Source of the DNA: Candidatus Sumerlaeaceae bacterium | GTDB lineage: Bacteria; Sumerlaeota; Sumerlaeia; Sumerlaeales; Sumerlaeaceae | Assembly (NCBI GenBank): GCA_049968255.1 | Contig: JBMFRB010000002.1 | Coordinates: forward strand, 320,001 to 384,000 | Length of the DNA stretch: 64,000 nt | Direction of reading: 5' to 3' | Part shown: positions 40,748 to 48,982 of the stretch, one piece after another | How positions within the stretch are numbered: position 1 is the first letter of the stretch | Layout: each line of letters opens with the position of its first letter | Notes under the pieces: generated by a model | Told to the model about the DNA's origin: nothing | Seen by the model: the letters and a program-made list of their open reading frames with translations, nothing else | Databases searched by the model: none | Program-made: the position numbers and the translations under genes

Positions 40748-41794
40748 TTACTTTGAGGTGAACAGATCAGGAATTGTTTTTGCATAAGGGGGATGGACAA
40801 TTCCCTTCTCAGTGATGATTGCCGTGATGAGCTCATGTGGCGTTACATCGAAGGCGGGATTGTAAACGTTGATTCCCTCTGGCGCAATTCGGCGACCTGC
40901 AATCGTGGTCACCTCCTCTGCCGGGCGCTGCTCGATTGGGATTTGGTCTCCACTTGCTAATGAAATATCAATTGAGGACAGCGGGGCAACAACATAAAAA
41001 GGGATCCCATGCTGTTTGGCCAAGACGGCAAGTCCATAAGTTCCGATTTTATTGGCGACGTCCCCGTTGCGTACAGTTCTGTCAGTCCCGACAAACACTG
41101 CATTCACCCACGCTCGCCGCATGATATCAGCAGCCATGTTGTCGCAGATCAGAGTGACGGGAATACCGGCTTCGCGCAGTTCCCAGGCGGTGAGGCGAGC
41201 TCCCTGAAGAAGGGGGCGTGTTTCGTCGGCAAACACCTCAATGGTTTTTCCCTCGCGTTCGACCGCATAGTAGACAGCGGCCAGAGCGGTCCCATACTGA
41301 GCTGTTGCTAACCCTCCCGCATTACAGTGTGTCAGGACGCGGTCCCCAGAACTCAGAAGAGAAGCTCCATATCGTCCCAGTGCCAAGCAAACTTCATTGT
41401 CTTCTTCGATCATTTTCTCGGCAAGTGCTAGCATCTCACGTTTGAATTCATTTGGGGGCAGCGAGCAAGATTTCCGCGCATGCGTTTTCACACGTTCTAG
41501 CGCCCAGAAAAGGTTCACCGCTGTTGGTCGTGCAGTGCCGAGATAACCACACGCCCTTTCGACGCTTGAAACCAATTCTTTGCTTGTAGCGGATTGTTGG
41601 TCGCGAATCGCCACCCACACGCCGAGCGCTGCAGCAATTCCAATAGCGGGAGCCCCTCGTACCCGCAATGTTCGAATGGCGCTCCACATCTGCTCGACAG
41701 AGAGAATCTCTTCCACCGCATATTCCAAAGGCAGTTTTGTCTGATCGATGATAAAAACTCGACCGTTTTCGACCCAAAGCGTTGGTTTAGGCAT
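40748..41794 (-). CDS. mtnA: Methylthioribose-1-phosphate isomerase
   Basis: DQT.LP, VRGAPAIG, RPTAVNL, LTHCNAG.LAT..YGTA, ETRP.LQGARLT, NGDVANKIGTY and NPAFDVTP. Confidence 0.97.
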   Translation of the reverse strand: MPKPTLWVENGRVFIIDQTKLPLEYAVEEILSVEQMWSAIRTLRVRGAPAIGIAAALGVWVAIRDQQSATSKELVSSVERACGYLGTARPTAVNLFWALERVKTHARKSCSLPPNEFKREMLALAEKMIEEDNEVCLALGRYGASLLSSGDRVLTHCNAGGLATAQYGTALAAVYYAVEREGKTIEVFADETRPLLQGARLTAWELREAGIPVTLICDNMAADIMRRAWVNAVFVGTDRTVRNGDVANKIGTYGLAVLAKQHGIPFYVVAPLSSIDISLASGDQIPIEQRPAEEVTTIAGRRIAPEGINVYNPAFDVTPHELITAIITEKGIVHPPYAKTIPDLFTSK

Positions 41795-42087
41795 TGCTCA
41801 TCTCTTCGTGAGAATTGAGTTTTATTGCTCGAAAACTGATGATGGGGTGGGCGGTGCCATGCAATTCAAAAACACCCGTGTTGCAACGTTTCGAAAATGG
41901 ACTTCGGTTGTGTTTCGCCCGATCAATGGTCAAGGATATCCCCCTTCGAGAAGGGGCATGCGAGACAATCAAAACCCCTTCGCGTGCAATCGGAGCAGCA
42001 CCGAGTGTTGGCAGTTCCGCGCCAGGGAAATCAAAGTTTACCGATGAATGACCTGTTGGAGAAAATGTATAAGCACAGCGATAAAAA

Positions 42088-42163
42088 GCCCACGTAGCTC
42101 AGTCGGTAGAGCACGCCCTTGGTAAGGGCGAGGTCACCAGTTCAATCCTGGTCGTGGGCTCCA
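42088..42163 (+). tRNA. tRNA-Thr (GGT)
   Basis: 76-nt cloverleaf: acceptor GCCCACG/CGTGGGC, D-arm GCTCAGTCGGTAGAGC, anticodon arm CGCCC-TTGGTAA-GGGCG, T-arm CCAG-TTCAATC-CTGG, and encoded CCA. Confidence 0.97.
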
Positions 42164-42188
42164 CCTATTTATATTTTGTGAGGCACCC

Positions 42189-42746
42189 ATGCAAGCGAAT
42201 GATATCCGCCGCGGGCACATTATCCTTTATAAAGGAGAACCTCATCTGGTGTTGGATTTTCAGCACCGTACGCCGGGCAATCTCCGAGCGTTTGTGCAGT
42301 GTAGGTTGCGCAATCTCAAAAGTGGTAACTCGTATGAGGTCCGCTTTAGCTCGACAGAAGATGTGGAACGCGCCGTGTTGGATCACCAGGACATGGAGTT
42401 CCTTTACAAAGATGAGAATCTGTACCACTTCATGAATACGGAAACGTATGAGCAGATCGCACTGAATGAAGAAGCGCTAGGCGACGCGGCCAAGTACATG
42501 ACTGAGGGGATTCGGGTACAAATCAGTTTCTTTGAAGGAACACCGATTGCAGTTGAGCTCTCCCCGACGATCGAGCTTGAAGTCGTTGAAACCGAGCCGG
42601 AAGTAAAAGGAGCCACAGCAAGTAATTCCCCGAAGCCCGCAAAGCTTTCCAACGGGGTCACAGTCATGGTGCCCCCTTTCATTAAAGTCGGGGACAAGAT
42701 TCGAATCAACCCGAACGAAGACAAGTATCTGGAGCGCGTGAAGTAA
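42189..42746 (+). CDS. efp: Elongation factor P
   Basis: PG-N-LRAFV loop, FLY.D...YHFM..ETYEQ, ETEP.VKG.TA, KPA.L.NG..V.VPPFI and Y.ERV. 185 aa. Confidence 0.95.
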   Translation: MQANDIRRGHIILYKGEPHLVLDFQHRTPGNLRAFVQCRLRNLKSGNSYEVRFSSTEDVERAVLDHQDMEFLYKDENLYHFMNTETYEQIALNEEALGDAAKYMTEGIRVQISFFEGTPIAVELSPTIELEVVETEPEVKGATASNSPKPAKLSNGVTVMVPPFIKVGDKIRINPNEDKYLERVK

Positions 42747-42807
42747 ATCTCTCCCATTCTGGCACGCAGACAGAGAATCAAGGCGAGTTGGACGCCCGTT
42801 TGGTCGC

Positions 42808-43506
42808 TCAGCTCGCCTTTTGCATTGCTAAAAAGGCTGCAATTGAACGGAAAAGACTTGCGCCGTCAGCACCACCCAATTCTTCCTGGACGGCTCGTTC
42901 GGGATGTGGCATCATACCCAGAACATTGCCGTCCTCGTTGACGATTCCTGCAATGTTTGAGATAGATCCATTGGGATTTGCTGCCTCGTTCGTATTGCCA
43001 AGACGATCACAATAGCGGAAAACTATCTGACGATTTTCCTCGAGACGCGTAAGCCCCTCTTCATCAATAAAGTAGTTTCCCATTCCATGCGCTATAGGAA
43101 GATGGATGATTTTCGGAAGAGTGTTTGTGAAAGGTAGGTCCTGGCGTTCCGTTCGTAGATAGACCCATTTGCAAACGAATTTTAGGCATTTGTTTGGCAG
43201 CATGGCGCCGGGGAGAAGCCCCGCTTCGAGCAGAATTTGGAAACCATTGCATATTCCTACGACAAGTCCGCCGCTCATGGCGTACTCAATAACGCTCTTC
43301 ATGACAGGCGAAAAGCGCGCAATCGCCCCAGCCCGCAGATAATCGCCGTAGGAGAAACCGCCGGGAAGGATAACGAGGTCGGTGTTCGGAGGAATTCGAT
43401 CTTTATGCCACACCAAGGTAGGCTTTATGTTCAGAACGTGCGAAACAGCGCGGACAGTGTCCATCTCACAGTTTGACCCAGGAAACTGCACGACAGCGAT
43501 TTTCAT
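42808..43506 (-). CDS. purQ: FGAM synthase glutaminase subunit PurQ
   Basis: FPGSNC, PGGFSYGDYLR, GICNGFQ, NPNGS and GMMPHPER. Confidence 0.97.
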   Translation of the reverse strand: MKIAVVQFPGSNCEMDTVRAVSHVLNIKPTLVWHKDRIPPNTDLVILPGGFSYGDYLRAGAIARFSPVMKSVIEYAMSGGLVVGICNGFQILLEAGLLPGAMLPNKCLKFVCKWVYLRTERQDLPFTNTLPKIIHLPIAHGMGNYFIDEEGLTRLEENRQIVFRYCDRLGNTNEAANPNGSISNIAGIVNEDGNVLGMMPHPERAVQEELGGADGASLFRSIAAFLAMQKAS

Positions 43507-43775
43507 TTCCGGTGAGTCTCCCTACTGCCCAAGGGGGCCAAAGCGATCTCATACGTTTCGATGACTGGGTTTGCGAGAAGCTTTTCGCACAGCTCAGACA
43601 ATTTCGATCGCGCAGTCCCATCATCTGGGGCTTCAAGCACGACCTCAAAATAACGGCCAGTTCGGATGCTCTTCGCTTCTTGCAAGCCTAAATGCTGAGC
43701 AGCCTCAAGAATTGCTTGCCCTTGCGGGTCCATGACATCGGATTTCAGCCTTACCACAATGTGCGCTCGGTACAT
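43503..43775 (-). CDS. purS: FGAM synthase subunit PurS
   Basis: DPQG and LLANPVIE. Lies between purC and purQ with overlapping stop/start codons. Confidence 0.95.
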   Translation of the reverse strand: MYRAHIVVRLKSDVMDPQGQAILEAAQHLGLQEAKSIRTGRYFEVVLEAPDDGTARSKLSELCEKLLANPVIETYEIALAPLGSRETHRK

Positions 43776-44674
43776 TAGCGTTCCTTTTGCAGTACGGATT
43801 CCAGACTCGTTCCCGTAATCCTCCGGAAAATCTCAAGGTATCGGCGCGAGGTCTCGTGAATAACCTCTTGTGGCAATCGCGGTGCGGGCGGTTGCTTATT
43901 CCACCCGATAGATTCAACGTAATCGCGAACAAACTGTTTATCGAGGCTCAACCCCTGCCCTCCCTCAAGGTATGGAGCAGCTTCCCAGAAGCGCGATGAG
44001 TCCGGCGTCAAAGCCTCGTCAATCAGGATAACTTCGCCGTCTGCAAAACCGAACTCAAATTTCGTGTCGCTAATCAAAATGCCTTTAGCGAGCAACTGCT
44101 CGTGCGCAAATGAATAGAGTTCGATGCTCTTGATTCGAAGCATTTCGGCTACTTCCACGCCCACCATTTCAACGACATCTTCGAAACTTATGGGTTGATC
44201 GTGTCCTGATTGGGCTTTCGTGGTGGGCGTGAATATAGGCGTTGGAAGTTTTGCACGGCGCTTCAAACCAGCCGGCAGCCGAATCCCACAGACGGTTTGG
44301 TTCTTCTGATAGTCCTGCCACGCACTCCCCTCTAAATAGCCGCGAACGACGCATTCAACAGTAATAGGTTGCACTTTACGGCAGAGTGAGACACGTCCCC
44401 AAAGATCATCCGTCGCTAAAGAACAGTCGCCGCATGATCTAGGCAGTGCCGTGATCAGGTGATTCGGAACAATGTGTTTCGTGCGCTCGAACCAGTAAGC
44501 ACTAAGCTGATTGAGGACCGGTCCTTTCCATGGGATCGGATCACCGAAGACAACGTCAAAGGCACTGAGGCGATCAGTCGCTACAAGCAGAAGATTCGAC
44601 TCGCAGGCATAAATGTCACGCACCTTTCCGCGGCCAAGGAGCGGGAGAGGTAAGTCAGAACTGTACAAGACCAT
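43775..44674 (-). CDS. purC: SAICAR synthetase
   Basis: GKVRDIY, TDRLSAFD, ECVVRGY, FTPTTKA, DTKFEFG, DE.LTPDSSRFW and DKQFVRDY. Confidence 0.97.
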   Translation of the reverse strand: MVLYSSDLPLPLLGRGKVRDIYACESNLLLVATDRLSAFDVVFGDPIPWKGPVLNQLSAYWFERTKHIVPNHLITALPRSCGDCSLATDDLWGRVSLCRKVQPITVECVVRGYLEGSAWQDYQKNQTVCGIRLPAGLKRRAKLPTPIFTPTTKAQSGHDQPISFEDVVEMVGVEVAEMLRIKSIELYSFAHEQLLAKGILISDTKFEFGFADGEVILIDEALTPDSSRFWEAAPYLEGGQGLSLDKQFVRDYVESIGWNKQPPAPRLPQEVIHETSRRYLEIFRRITGTSLESVLQKER

Positions 44675-44687
44675 TTCTGAGCTCCCT

Positions 44688-44730
44688 AAAAAACAAAAGT
44701 TGGCCCGAGGTCTTTTTCCCTCAGGTCAAC
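44688..44730 (-). terminator. Intrinsic-terminator-like hairpin immediately upstream of the purC RBS
   Basis: Minus-strand RNA reads GUUG-A-CCUGAGG-GAAAAAGA-CCUCGGG-C-CAAC-UUUUGUUUUUU, followed directly by the AGGGAG RBS. Confidence 0.55.
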
Positions 44731-44827
44731 ACCATGAGGTCCGACGCGCGCGTGTGTATTGCAATAAATTTTTTGAGCAGCAATCGGCATGCCCAATGTT
44801 TTTTTGACTTGCGAGACCTTTGTTGCG

Positions 44828-45778
44828 CTATCGCGCACGCTCAGTGACTTCTTGAACCAGCGCTTCAACGGCGAGAAGTTTGGCACGCGCTTCCGCCTTT
44901 TGAGGAAAGCCGTCAGCACGTGATATGATATCGTACTCGCTGCGCGCCGCGTTTGCGTAGCCTTCGAATTGCCGCATGTCAAAATTGGGGCCGTCGGGGT
45001 CGGCCTTGATCATGTATTGTGTCGCCAGTTCAAAATAGAAATCAGCCAACATCATGCGATGCCGGTAACGTTGCTTTGAATCTTTGTTCTGTTCGATATT
45101 TCGGCGGAGCTGGGCCAGGGCATCATCGGTCGTATAGGGCTGGATAAATCTCATGGTGACGTAAAACTCTGCGAGGAGCAATTGCGCCCGCTCGCGCTCG
45201 AGCAGTGCGAGGCATTGAGAGTGCGTACCCTTGAGCTCAGCCACCAAGTCATCAAGATCGCGAATGAGTTTGCTGAGGTCACGTTCGTAGGTGCGCAGTC
45301 CAGAGCGGTCGAGGCTTTGGCGCACGACACGAATAAAACGCCGCATGCGCTCTGCGCCTTCTGACGCACTCTTCGCTATGTTTGGATCAGATGATTTGGC
45401 CGCTTTTTCGTAATTTGCGAGTGCTTCTTCGTAGGCTGTGAGCTTTTCGAAGGCTTGGGCCTTCGCCAGGCTCACAATATCTGGCAACTTTTTTGGATAG
45501 AGAGTCTCGTAATTTGCTAACCGAATTAAGGCTGCGCGAAAAATGTTTTGTCCCGTAAAATCCTGAGGGTAGGGATAGCGATACACGTCATCAGCAAGAT
45601 GGCGCTGGATATCTGCGACAATAATGAGAAGATTCTCCGTTGGTTGGGCCACGCTGGGCTGCTGCGTTTTATCGCGCTTGAAAGGGCCGCCTAAGGCAAG
45701 AGCACCAATTGCAGCTAGGGCGATTACTACTCCCCACCGCCAACGAGCGTTGGGTGAAGTGGGGCGTTGCCTCATCAT
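44828..45778 (-). CDS. Hypothetical membrane-anchored all-helical (TPR-like) protein
   Basis: A basic N-terminus and hydrophobic helix, then helical repeats (AKAQAFEKL..YEEALANYEKA). Follows suhB closely. Confidence 0.65.
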   Translation of the reverse strand: MMRQRPTSPNARWRWGVVIALAAIGALALGGPFKRDKTQQPSVAQPTENLLIIVADIQRHLADDVYRYPYPQDFTGQNIFRAALIRLANYETLYPKKLPDIVSLAKAQAFEKLTAYEEALANYEKAAKSSDPNIAKSASEGAERMRRFIRVVRQSLDRSGLRTYERDLSKLIRDLDDLVAELKGTHSQCLALLERERAQLLLAEFYVTMRFIQPYTTDDALAQLRRNIEQNKDSKQRYRHRMMLADFYFELATQYMIKADPDGPNFDMRQFEGYANAARSEYDIISRADGFPQKAEARAKLLAVEALVQEVTERAR

Positions 45779-45785
45779 TCTAAAA

Positions 45786-46583
45786 TTAGTCCGTGAGTTT
45801 GTGGGCATTGCTCAACCACGTCAGGAATTCCTCGTGAACCAATCCATTCGAACAAACCAATTCTTTTTCATAAGGGGAGAATTTGCCGCCCGAAAAATTG
45901 GTCACTTTACCATTGGCCTCTTCCACAATGAGCCAGCCCGCAGCTGTGTCCCACGGATTCAAGTTGCGCTGCCAGAAAACTTCCATTCGGCCGCATGCAA
46001 CGAAGCACATATCAAGGGCAGCCGCCCCGAGGCGCAAAATTCCGTGGACCTTGCCCAAAAAATATCCGACCTCTCTAAGACACAATTGCAGGACATGTCG
46101 GTCTGAGTGCGGAAAGCCTGTAACCAAAAGGCTGCGAGGGAGATTTCCGACGGAAGATACCCGAATCCGCTTTTCATTCAAGGTGGCGCCAGCCCCGGCT
46201 TCGGCAAGAAACCTTTCTTCGCTGACAGGGTTGTATACTCCTGCCACGCAAATTTTGCCTTTGTGTTCAAGTGCCACGGAGACGGCAAAAATCGGGACAG
46301 AGTGCGCGAAATTGGTCGTGCCATCGAGAGGGTCGATAATCCAGCGAAAATCTGAGCCAGGAGCGGGCTCAAGACCCTGCTCCTCTCCTAAAATTTCATG
46401 CAAAGGGTAGGCGCCTTTCAGGACAGCTCGGACGGCTGCCTCGCTTTCGCGATCAGCAATTGTCACGAGATCTCGTTCCGAGCTTTTCGTGTCATAACGT
46501 TCGAGTTTGCCATAGTAGCGCAAGAGCGCTTCGCCACCGGCGTTCAATGCTTTATCGAGGACTGCGATGTAATCATTCATCAC
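45786..46583 (-). CDS. suhB: Inositol monophosphatase family protein
   Basis: DLVT.AD..SE, GEE, WIIDPLDGTTNF.H, G.AALD.C.VA.GR and PWD.AAG. Confidence 0.9.
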   Translation of the reverse strand: MMNDYIAVLDKALNAGGEALLRYYGKLERYDTKSSERDLVTIADRESEAAVRAVLKGAYPLHEILGEEQGLEPAPGSDFRWIIDPLDGTTNFAHSVPIFAVSVALEHKGKICVAGVYNPVSEERFLAEAGAGATLNEKRIRVSSVGNLPRSLLVTGFPHSDRHVLQLCLREVGYFLGKVHGILRLGAAALDMCFVACGRMEVFWQRNLNPWDTAAGWLIVEEANGKVTNFSGGKFSPYEKELVCSNGLVHEEFLTWLSNAHKLTD

Positions 46584-46721
46584 AGTGATTATCGTTCATA
46601 TGGACTGATGGCCATAAGCAAGTCCGCTTTTTCTTCAGCCCCTTTCAAAACAGAGCCAAAAGGGACATGAATAGGTGCAATTTTATGTTCTAAGTATCTG
46701 AAAGAAAGTGAGGTCGTGACG

Positions 46722-46976
46722 ATGCCATCAATGGGATTGCAAGAATGGGTCTTTCTTTTCATCATCGTTTTGATCATCTTTGGTCCGAGCAGCTTGCCGA
46801 AAGTGGGACGCGCTTTGGGCAAGGGAATCCGCGAATTCAAGGATGCGGTTAGCGGGATTGGTTCAACAATTGAGCAAGAAGATGCGGAAAAGAAAAAGCA
46901 AGAGCACGGGGGCATCACGCCCATTGCGCGTAGTGGGGACGAAAAAGAGAACCCGTCGCACGCTGGCCAAGGTTGA
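46722..46976 (+). CDS. tatA: Twin-arginine translocase subunit TatA/E
   Basis: G..E....FIIVLIIFGP..LP..GR.LGKGIREFK. RBS GAGGT. Confidence 0.93.
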   Translation: MPSMGLQEWVFLFIIVLIIFGPSSLPKVGRALGKGIREFKDAVSGIGSTIEQEDAEKKKQEHGGITPIARSGDEKENPSHAGQG

Positions 46977-47000
46977 TGGCTAGAATCCGGTAGTAACGAA

Positions 47001-47981
47001 ATGCGTAACGTGATAGACCGGGAAGAAGAGGAAGCAGAGGAGGGTGGGAGAGTTCTTTCTTTTACTGAGCATCTCGAAGAATTGAGGCGTCGCATTATTG
47101 TGACGCTTGTTTTTTTTGCCGCGTGCTTTGTCGGTGGTTTTTTCGTTGCGCCTCATGTCATCACAATCCTTATCGCCCCACTCACCCACATAGAAGCGCC
47201 AGTGCATGACGAGGCAACAATTCAGCTTCAGGTGGATGCAGATGGCCGGCTTCGAGCCTCACCAAACTTTCTCGACGCTATTTCCAGCGGAGCCCAGACT
47301 GGCAAGCAGGTGTCGGTACAATCGCTTGCTTTGAAAGCAGGAGATAAAACATTCGTATTTTCTGGTTCTACGAAAACACCGTCTTCTTTGTTTTTTCTCT
47401 CTCCCATCGAGCCATTTTCACTCCTCGTGAAAGGTGCACTTTTTGTGGCGGCACTTCTAGCCATTCCGATGGCTGTTTATCAACTCTGGCTATTTGTGGC
47501 GCCAGGTCTGCTACCGCGAGAGAGACGCATCGTGCGGCCGATCTTGATCGGCGCCTTGGTGCTTTTCCCCCTTGGTGCAAGTTTTGCTTACGCAGTATCG
47601 CACGTGATGTTGAAGCTTTTACTCGGATTTGGCGATTACATTCCTGGGCTACAACCAAACATCGTCGCGTCGCACTATTTGAGTTTTATCCTCACCCTGA
47701 TGCTGGGGTTTGGTTTGGTTTTTGAGTTTCCTTTGCTTCTTTTACTCCTGGCCCGTCTGGGGCTGATCAGTTCCCGTATGTTGGCCGAGCGACGAAAATA
47801 TGCGATAGTTGTCATTGCCTTCGTTGCTGCTGCGGTGACCCCCACTCCGGATGCACTCAACATGCTAATCATGATGGCGCCATTGATCATCCTCTACGAG
47901 GTTTCGATCTGGGCGATTCGTCTGATTGAACCGCACAGCGGCAATACTTCTGCGCATTGGCCAGTGGAAGAAACACCTTGA
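47001..47981 (+). CDS. tatC: Twin-arginine translocase subunit TatC (with enlarged first periplasmic loop)
   Basis: EHLEELRRR, YQLW.FVAPGL...ER, G.VFEFP, R.YA, TP.PD and LYE.SI. Confidence 0.95.
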   Translation: MRNVIDREEEEAEEGGRVLSFTEHLEELRRRIIVTLVFFAACFVGGFFVAPHVITILIAPLTHIEAPVHDEATIQLQVDADGRLRASPNFLDAISSGAQTGKQVSVQSLALKAGDKTFVFSGSTKTPSSLFFLSPIEPFSLLVKGALFVAALLAIPMAVYQLWLFVAPGLLPRERRIVRPILIGALVLFPLGASFAYAVSHVMLKLLLGFGDYIPGLQPNIVASHYLSFILTLMLGFGLVFEFPLLLLLLARLGLISSRMLAERRKYAIVVIAFVAAAVTPTPDALNMLIMMAPLIILYEVSIWAIRLIEPHSGNTSAHWPVEETP

Positions 47982-48031
47982 TTCTGCTTTGACAGCCACC
48001 AAGCAGTTCGCAGAAAAGACATGGCACGACA

Positions 48032-48970
48032 ATGCGAGAGGGAATCGTCAGCCCAAATAAACGGTTGCTTATCGCAAGCGCTGATCCGCATATGCGCCAT
48101 ATTTTGCGCAACTTTTTTTCGCGATTTTTAACAGTAGAAATCGCCGAGACAGCGAATGAAGCTGTCATGGCAGTTGAGGGAAGTGCTGTCGAGTTCGATG
48201 CACTTTTCGTGGATATGAGTATACCACCTTCTGGTATTGAACTCGTTGCCCGCATCCGTCGAGAATTTCCTCACATTCCCGTGGCACTTCTCACGAGCAA
48301 TGAATACGAACATCAATTCAATTTGCTAAATAGATATGATATTTTCTGTGTTTTGGTAAAGACCATTCCCCTCGACTTCGATGAACTCCAGCTCGCTGTC
48401 GAGAACTTGCTCGTCCCAGCGAAAGCATTCGGCCTCGCACGGTATTTGCGCCCGCCGTGCGATATCCGGGAAAAAGTCATACAGACATTAGCGGATAAGC
48501 AGATGATGATGGAAGAGGCTCTCGAACTGTTTCGGCGCTATCGGCCTCACGATACGGACATTTCGCAAATCCGCCTTGCTTTCGAGGAGCTAATCAATAA
48601 TGCTATCTATCACGCGTTTCGGCGCGCAACGGGGGATGAAAAGTATAAGCTGGGTGCCTTTGAACGACTCGAACGTGGGGAGGTCATCCGTGTCGAATTT
48701 GGTGCCGACAAACGTTTCGTTGGCTGCAGTGTGACCGATAATCAGGGGACGATGGAAGAAGGAACGGTCATGAAGAAAATTGAGCGACAAATCACACAAG
48801 AAGGTCTTCTCGACGAAAGCGGGCGGGGGCTCTACCTAACCAGGACCCTCTCGGATAAGATGATCATAAATATTCACCCCCATGTGGCCACCCAGCTCAT
48901 CCTTCTTTTTGCGCATAGAGATCGCCCAAAAATCAAGCCGTTCTACCTCAACCTTGTGCGGACGCTTTGA
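48032..48970 (+). CDS. Receiver-like domain fused to RsbW/SpoIIAB-type HATPase domain
   Basis: The N-terminal REC-like fold (LFVDMSIP..G, VALLT, LVK) has an atypical acidic pocket. The C-terminus has AFEELINNAIYH, VTD.QG and SGRGLYL. Confidence 0.72.
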   Translation: MREGIVSPNKRLLIASADPHMRHILRNFFSRFLTVEIAETANEAVMAVEGSAVEFDALFVDMSIPPSGIELVARIRREFPHIPVALLTSNEYEHQFNLLNRYDIFCVLVKTIPLDFDELQLAVENLLVPAKAFGLARYLRPPCDIREKVIQTLADKQMMMEEALELFRRYRPHDTDISQIRLAFEELINNAIYHAFRRATGDEKYKLGAFERLERGEVIRVEFGADKRFVGCSVTDNQGTMEEGTVMKKIERQITQEGLLDESGRGLYLTRTLSDKMIINIHPHVATQLILLFAHRDRPKIKPFYLNLVRTL

Positions 48971-48982
48971 ATACTGCCGTGG

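Noticed and set aside
42011-42024. Sigma-54 promoter (TGGCGCGGAACTGC, minus strand)
   Set aside because: The GG-to-GC spacing is 9 nt, not the required 10.
41795-42087. SAM-I riboswitch upstream of mtnA
   Set aside because: AGATGAG precedes the start, but the AUC-AGAG, GGAGGGA..GGCCC, GCAACC and GGUGC-AA-UCC core elements are not present in order.
42088-42190. tRNA as an integration site for a genomic island
   Set aside because: It is followed directly by efp. No integrase or duplicated tRNA 3' end was seen.
44700-44730. ykkC/PRPP riboswitch upstream of purC
   Set aside because: GAGGGAAAAAGACC loosely resembles the ykkC 3' element, but the CUAGGGUUCCG 5' core is absent. It is kept only as an unclassified attenuator candidate.
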